Positions 26,690 to 29,288 of a DNA stretch of 29,288 bases are shown in pieces. The number at the start of each line of letters is the position of its first letter. Position 1 is the first letter of the stretch. The position numbers and the translations under genes were made by a program. The stretch covers positions 1-29,288 of the forward strand of contig JANOTL010000168.1 of assembly GCA_031416315.1 (NCBI GenBank), read 5' to 3'. This DNA comes from Pseudomonadota bacterium (GTDB lineage: Bacteria > Bdellovibrionota_B > Oligoflexia > Oligoflexales > CAIYRB01). The notes beneath the pieces were generated by a model that was not told the origin of the DNA, did no database searches, and saw nothing but the letters and a program-made list of their open reading frames with translations.

Positions 26690-27601
26690 TCAGAAACTGG
26701 CCCCGATGATTGGGCCGGCATAGACCTTCGAGTGCCGGCCTTTCGACTCGATCCCATCGTTGTGAAACGTCACATAAATGTCGATGAGCGCCTGAAGGCG
26801 GTCGGGCTTTTTCGGAGTGCACCAAGTGCGGCGCGCGAGCGTCTTTAGGTTGTCGCGAAACATGGCACACGTGTGATTGAGCGAGAAAAGAGGGTCGAAC
26901 CCTCCCGCCTTCAGCTCCCCTTGCCCAACGGTGCAGGCGCGGCGACCCTTGTGGGTCGTGAGCTGCGCCCCTGGAAACGCCGCCGCAAAGAGCCTGGGAT
27001 AGCGCGGACACTCATCCGACTTGATCTCCGAAAGGCCGGGCAAACCAACGGCCACGCCGGCGAGGACTCGCTTGAGACCGGCGGCACGCCCGTCAGTCCG
27101 GCGGCCGTATTTTCGCCGCGAGCGCTCTGCAAGTCGCCCCTTGGCGGGCATGCGGCTGACGGCAGCACCGAGGATCAGGCGCGACCCCTCCTCGACGGCG
27201 ACGGCGATCGCCAGCGGCTTCATCTTCGTGTGTTCGAGGGTCTCCATCTCGTCGATGACGGCGACGGGGCCACTGGCGGGCGCGTGGGCGGTCAGCCAAA
27301 GCTGATGTTGGTGGCGCGCCGCCCGACCTAGGCGGACGAGCTTTCTCGCCACGGTCGCGCGGGTGAGGGCGAAGATCATGGCACAGCGGCGCTGTGAGAC
27401 GCCCGAGTTGAGGAGCCGGTAGAGGGGCTGGTCGACGTGCGGCTTTTTCTCGCGGTAGGTGAGCGTCGCGGTCTGCGCCGAGAAGGACCGCCGGCATTGA
27501 AGGCAGCGGAAGCGCTGGACTCTTTCCGCGCGCGTCGAAGTTTTCGCGAAGAAGCCCTTCTTTTGGCAGCGCGCCCGCTCATCAAGGCAAAATGGACACA
27601 T
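26690..27601 (-). CDS. IS1-like transposase
   Basis: CPFC...CLQC, SGVSQRRCAMIF HTH, IDEME, KSDECPRY, LNHTCAMFRDNLKTLARRTWCTPK. Paralog of copies 1 and 2. Confidence 0.88.
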   Translation of the reverse strand: MCPFCLDERARCQKKGFFAKTSTRAERVQRFRCLQCRRSFSAQTATLTYREKKPHVDQPLYRLLNSGVSQRRCAMIFALTRATVARKLVRLGRAARHQHQLWLTAHAPASGPVAVIDEMETLEHTKMKPLAIAVAVEEGSRLILGAAVSRMPAKGRLAERSRRKYGRRTDGRAAGLKRVLAGVAVGLPGLSEIKSDECPRYPRLFAAAFPGAQLTTHKGRRACTVGQGELKAGGFDPLFSLNHTCAMFRDNLKTLARRTWCTPKKPDRLQALIDIYVTFHNDGIESKGRHSKVYAGPIIGASF

Positions 27602-27692
27602 GCGACACCTCCACGAGGCGCCAACACTGGACGAAGACGAGAAGGTAGGGAAACGACGTCACATGTCCGGCCCATTTATAAGGGCCAGTTTG
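26693..27692 (-). mobile_element. IS1-related insertion sequence, copy 3, complete (~1000 bp)
   Basis: IRs 26694-26718 AAACTGGCCCCGATGATTGGGCCGG and 27667-27691 (reverse complement AAACTGGCCCTTATAAATGGGCCGG), 21/25. Flanks TAACTCTCA (26684-26692) and TGACTCTCA (27693-27701). Confidence 0.88.
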
Positions 27693-27703
27693 TGACTCTC
27701 ACA

Positions 27704-27719
27704 AGGCACGCAAGTTGCT
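27704..27719 (+). promoter_or_regulatory. Putative sigma54 promoter
   Basis: AGGCACGCAAGTTGCT, close to consensus TGGCACG-N4-TTGC, 46 nt upstream of the GGAGG-preceded ATG 27764. Confidence 0.65.
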
Positions 27720-27763
27720 TGAAGCGGATCGATTCAGAAGCAACGGCTTTGGAGGAAACCCTC

Positions 27764-28489
27764 ATGATCCGCTCTAGATTACCGGTCCTTCTTCTCACCC
27801 TCCCCACTCTCGCCGTAACCGCCACGCCCGCGTGGGCCGACGAGATCGTCGACGTCGTGGCGGAGCGCGTGTTCGTGCCGACCGGCTTCGACGACAACGA
27901 CGACGTCGAGATCGTCGTCGACGGCGTGTTCCCGGACACATGCTACCACTTGGCGCCAGGCACTTTCGTCGTCGACGCGGCGGGCGGCTCGGTCACGCTC
28001 TTTCCGAAGGCTCGGCGCTCCGACGCCATGTGCTTGATGTTGCCCGTGCCTTACACCTACGTGTTCAACATCGGGAAAATGCCGATGGGTGCATTCAAAG
28101 TGAAGACGGGCACCCTGGTGAAAGACCTGCCGGTCGCCGAGGCGACCAGCGCCGGACCGGACGACGAGCTCTACGCCGCCGTCGACAATGCCACGATTTC
28201 GCGACATCCCGACGGCAGCCTGCGCGTCGTTCTCGAAGGGACATACACCAATACGTGCATGACTTGGGACCGCACCGAGATCGTTCACCTCAATCCGGAG
28301 GTCGTGGAGATCCTACCGATCGTCAAGATCGCGAGCCGTCCGGACTGTCGTGACGAGAAATTTCCGTTCAAGGGCGTCTCGGTCGTCCTGCCGAGCGTGC
28401 CGCCGGGCCGCTTTCTGGCGCACGTTCGGGCGATGAACGGCGGCAGCGTCAACCGCGTGTTCACCGTAGACGTGGAGGCGCGACGCTGA
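27764..28489 (+). CDS. Secreted hypothetical protein with two similar Cys-paired beta domains
   Basis: GGAGG plus ATG, signal peptide ...TPAWA. Repeats VVDGVFPDTCY...MCLM and VLEGTYTNTCM...DCRD. Confidence 0.8.
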   Translation: MIRSRLPVLLLTLPTLAVTATPAWADEIVDVVAERVFVPTGFDDNDDVEIVVDGVFPDTCYHLAPGTFVVDAAGGSVTLFPKARRSDAMCLMLPVPYTYVFNIGKMPMGAFKVKTGTLVKDLPVAEATSAGPDDELYAAVDNATISRHPDGSLRVVLEGTYTNTCMTWDRTEIVHLNPEVVEILPIVKIASRPDCRDEKFPFKGVSVVLPSVPPGRFLAHVRAMNGGSVNRVFTVDVEARR

Positions 28490-28499
28490 GGGGAGGGCG

Positions 28500-29096
28500 C
28501 TAGCGCTTCCGATTCGGCACTCGATGCTTGTAGCCCAAGAGAAATCCGTAGACATCGGCGTCTTCGCCCTGATTGCGCGTCAAAGAAAACGCGTAACGGG
28601 CGTCGGCGACGACCGCGACGTCCCCTTTGCCCCAAATCTCCCACTGGAGCGAGCCGTCGAAGCCGTATTCGGTGATGTCCCGAGCGGTCGTACGGAACGT
28701 GTCGCGGACACGGCCAGAGATCACTTGGGGATCGCCCATGGAGTAGGAAGAGTAGACGGCAACGGCGGCGGAGACCCAGGGCGCGAACCAATGCCGGTAA
28801 CCCGTCGTGACGTACATGCGCTTGATGCGCTCGACCAGCACTTCCGCGCCGCGCTCGCGCACGTAAACCTTGTTCAGATAAAAAAGCCCGACCTCGACGC
28901 CGCCGTTGTCGTCGACGTCGGCCTCGACGACCGCGGCGGCGCCCAGGTAAGGCGCATTCAGCACGGCGGGATGGGAGGTCTTCGTCCGGTTCGCGATCGG
29001 CGCGAGCGTGCCCCAGATCTTGCCGCCTTCCGGTTGATGGGCCCAGGCCGTCGAGCCGAAGAGGGAAGAGACTATGATAAGTTGCAAGCAGTGCAT
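28500..29096 (-). CDS. Putative small outer-membrane beta-barrel protein
   Basis: Signal peptide ...STAWA, alternating amphipathic strands, C-terminal DVYGFLLGYK. Confidence 0.7.
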   Translation of the reverse strand: MHCLQLIIVSSLFGSTAWAHQPEGGKIWGTLAPIANRTKTSHPAVLNAPYLGAAAVVEADVDDNGGVEVGLFYLNKVYVRERGAEVLVERIKRMYVTTGYRHWFAPWVSAAVAVYSSYSMGDPQVISGRVRDTFRTTARDITEYGFDGSLQWEIWGKGDVAVVADARYAFSLTRNQGEDADVYGFLLGYKHRVPNRKR

Positions 29097-29153
29097 GAGT
29101 TGACGATAGGACCGAGCTCCTTCTCACGCCACCGTTTTTCGAGGAGCCCTCGA

Positions 29154-29288
29154 TTGCGAAGACTCTTGGTGCTGGCGCTCCTGCTTCCGGGCTGTGCGAA
29201 CGGCGAGGCATGGCTCCTCGAGAAGAACCGCGTCATCAAGGAGTCGATCGACGCTGGCGCCGAGTCGCTCGACGTCTACGTGGCAAAC
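29154..29288 (+). CDS. Putative lipoprotein, N-terminus only (runs off window end)
   Basis: GAGGAG plus TTG. MRRLLVLALLLPGCANGEAWLLEKNRVIKESIDAGAESLDVYVAN with lipobox LPGC. Confidence 0.65.
   Translation, partial: MRRLLVLALLLPGCANGEAWLLEKNRVIKESIDAGAESLDVYVAN

Noticed and set aside
26651..27701. Integron attC sites or IS200/IS605-type ends suggested by the hairpins
   Set aside because: No RYYYAAC/GTTRRRY pairs, no integrase or HUH motif. Terminal IRs with duplications fit a DDE-type element.

Overview
GC-rich bacterial accessory region. Several proteins look like Bdellovibrionota/Oligoflexia or Myxococcota types, but this is an inference. The most striking content is mobile DNA: (i) three diverged members of one IS1-related transposase family (<1..496, 8671..9696, 26693..27692) with non-canonical ends (YA-N-AAACTG...), direct repeats read as 9 bp or 5 bp, Asn where IS1 has its third catalytic Glu, and a structurally conserved hairpin over the Shine-Dalgarno (SD) site; (ii) a 33-bp IRL+IRR-only mini-element abutting the third copy; (iii) a complete ISL3 (6736..8325, 8-bp TSD) with a highly structured 330-nt leader, inserted into an internally deleted katE remnant. 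Chromosomal content: an ice-binding (DUF3494) lipoprotein; a KaiC-like ATPase / hybrid histidine kinase / response regulator module without kaiA/kaiB; a degenerate SDR; small stress-type proteins (CsbD-like, DUF2892-like); TamA/TamB-like genes; a YkgJ-type Cys-cluster protein; an ABC-F ATPase; a stand-alone CheB; an orphan kinase; and a ~1100-aa lipoprotein with four CxxCH motifs built from two cytochrome c + FN3 repeats. Several sigma54-type -24/-12 motifs occur upstream of genes. No rRNA, tRNA or CRISPR array was seen. All family calls come from motif recognition by eye; no database search was run.
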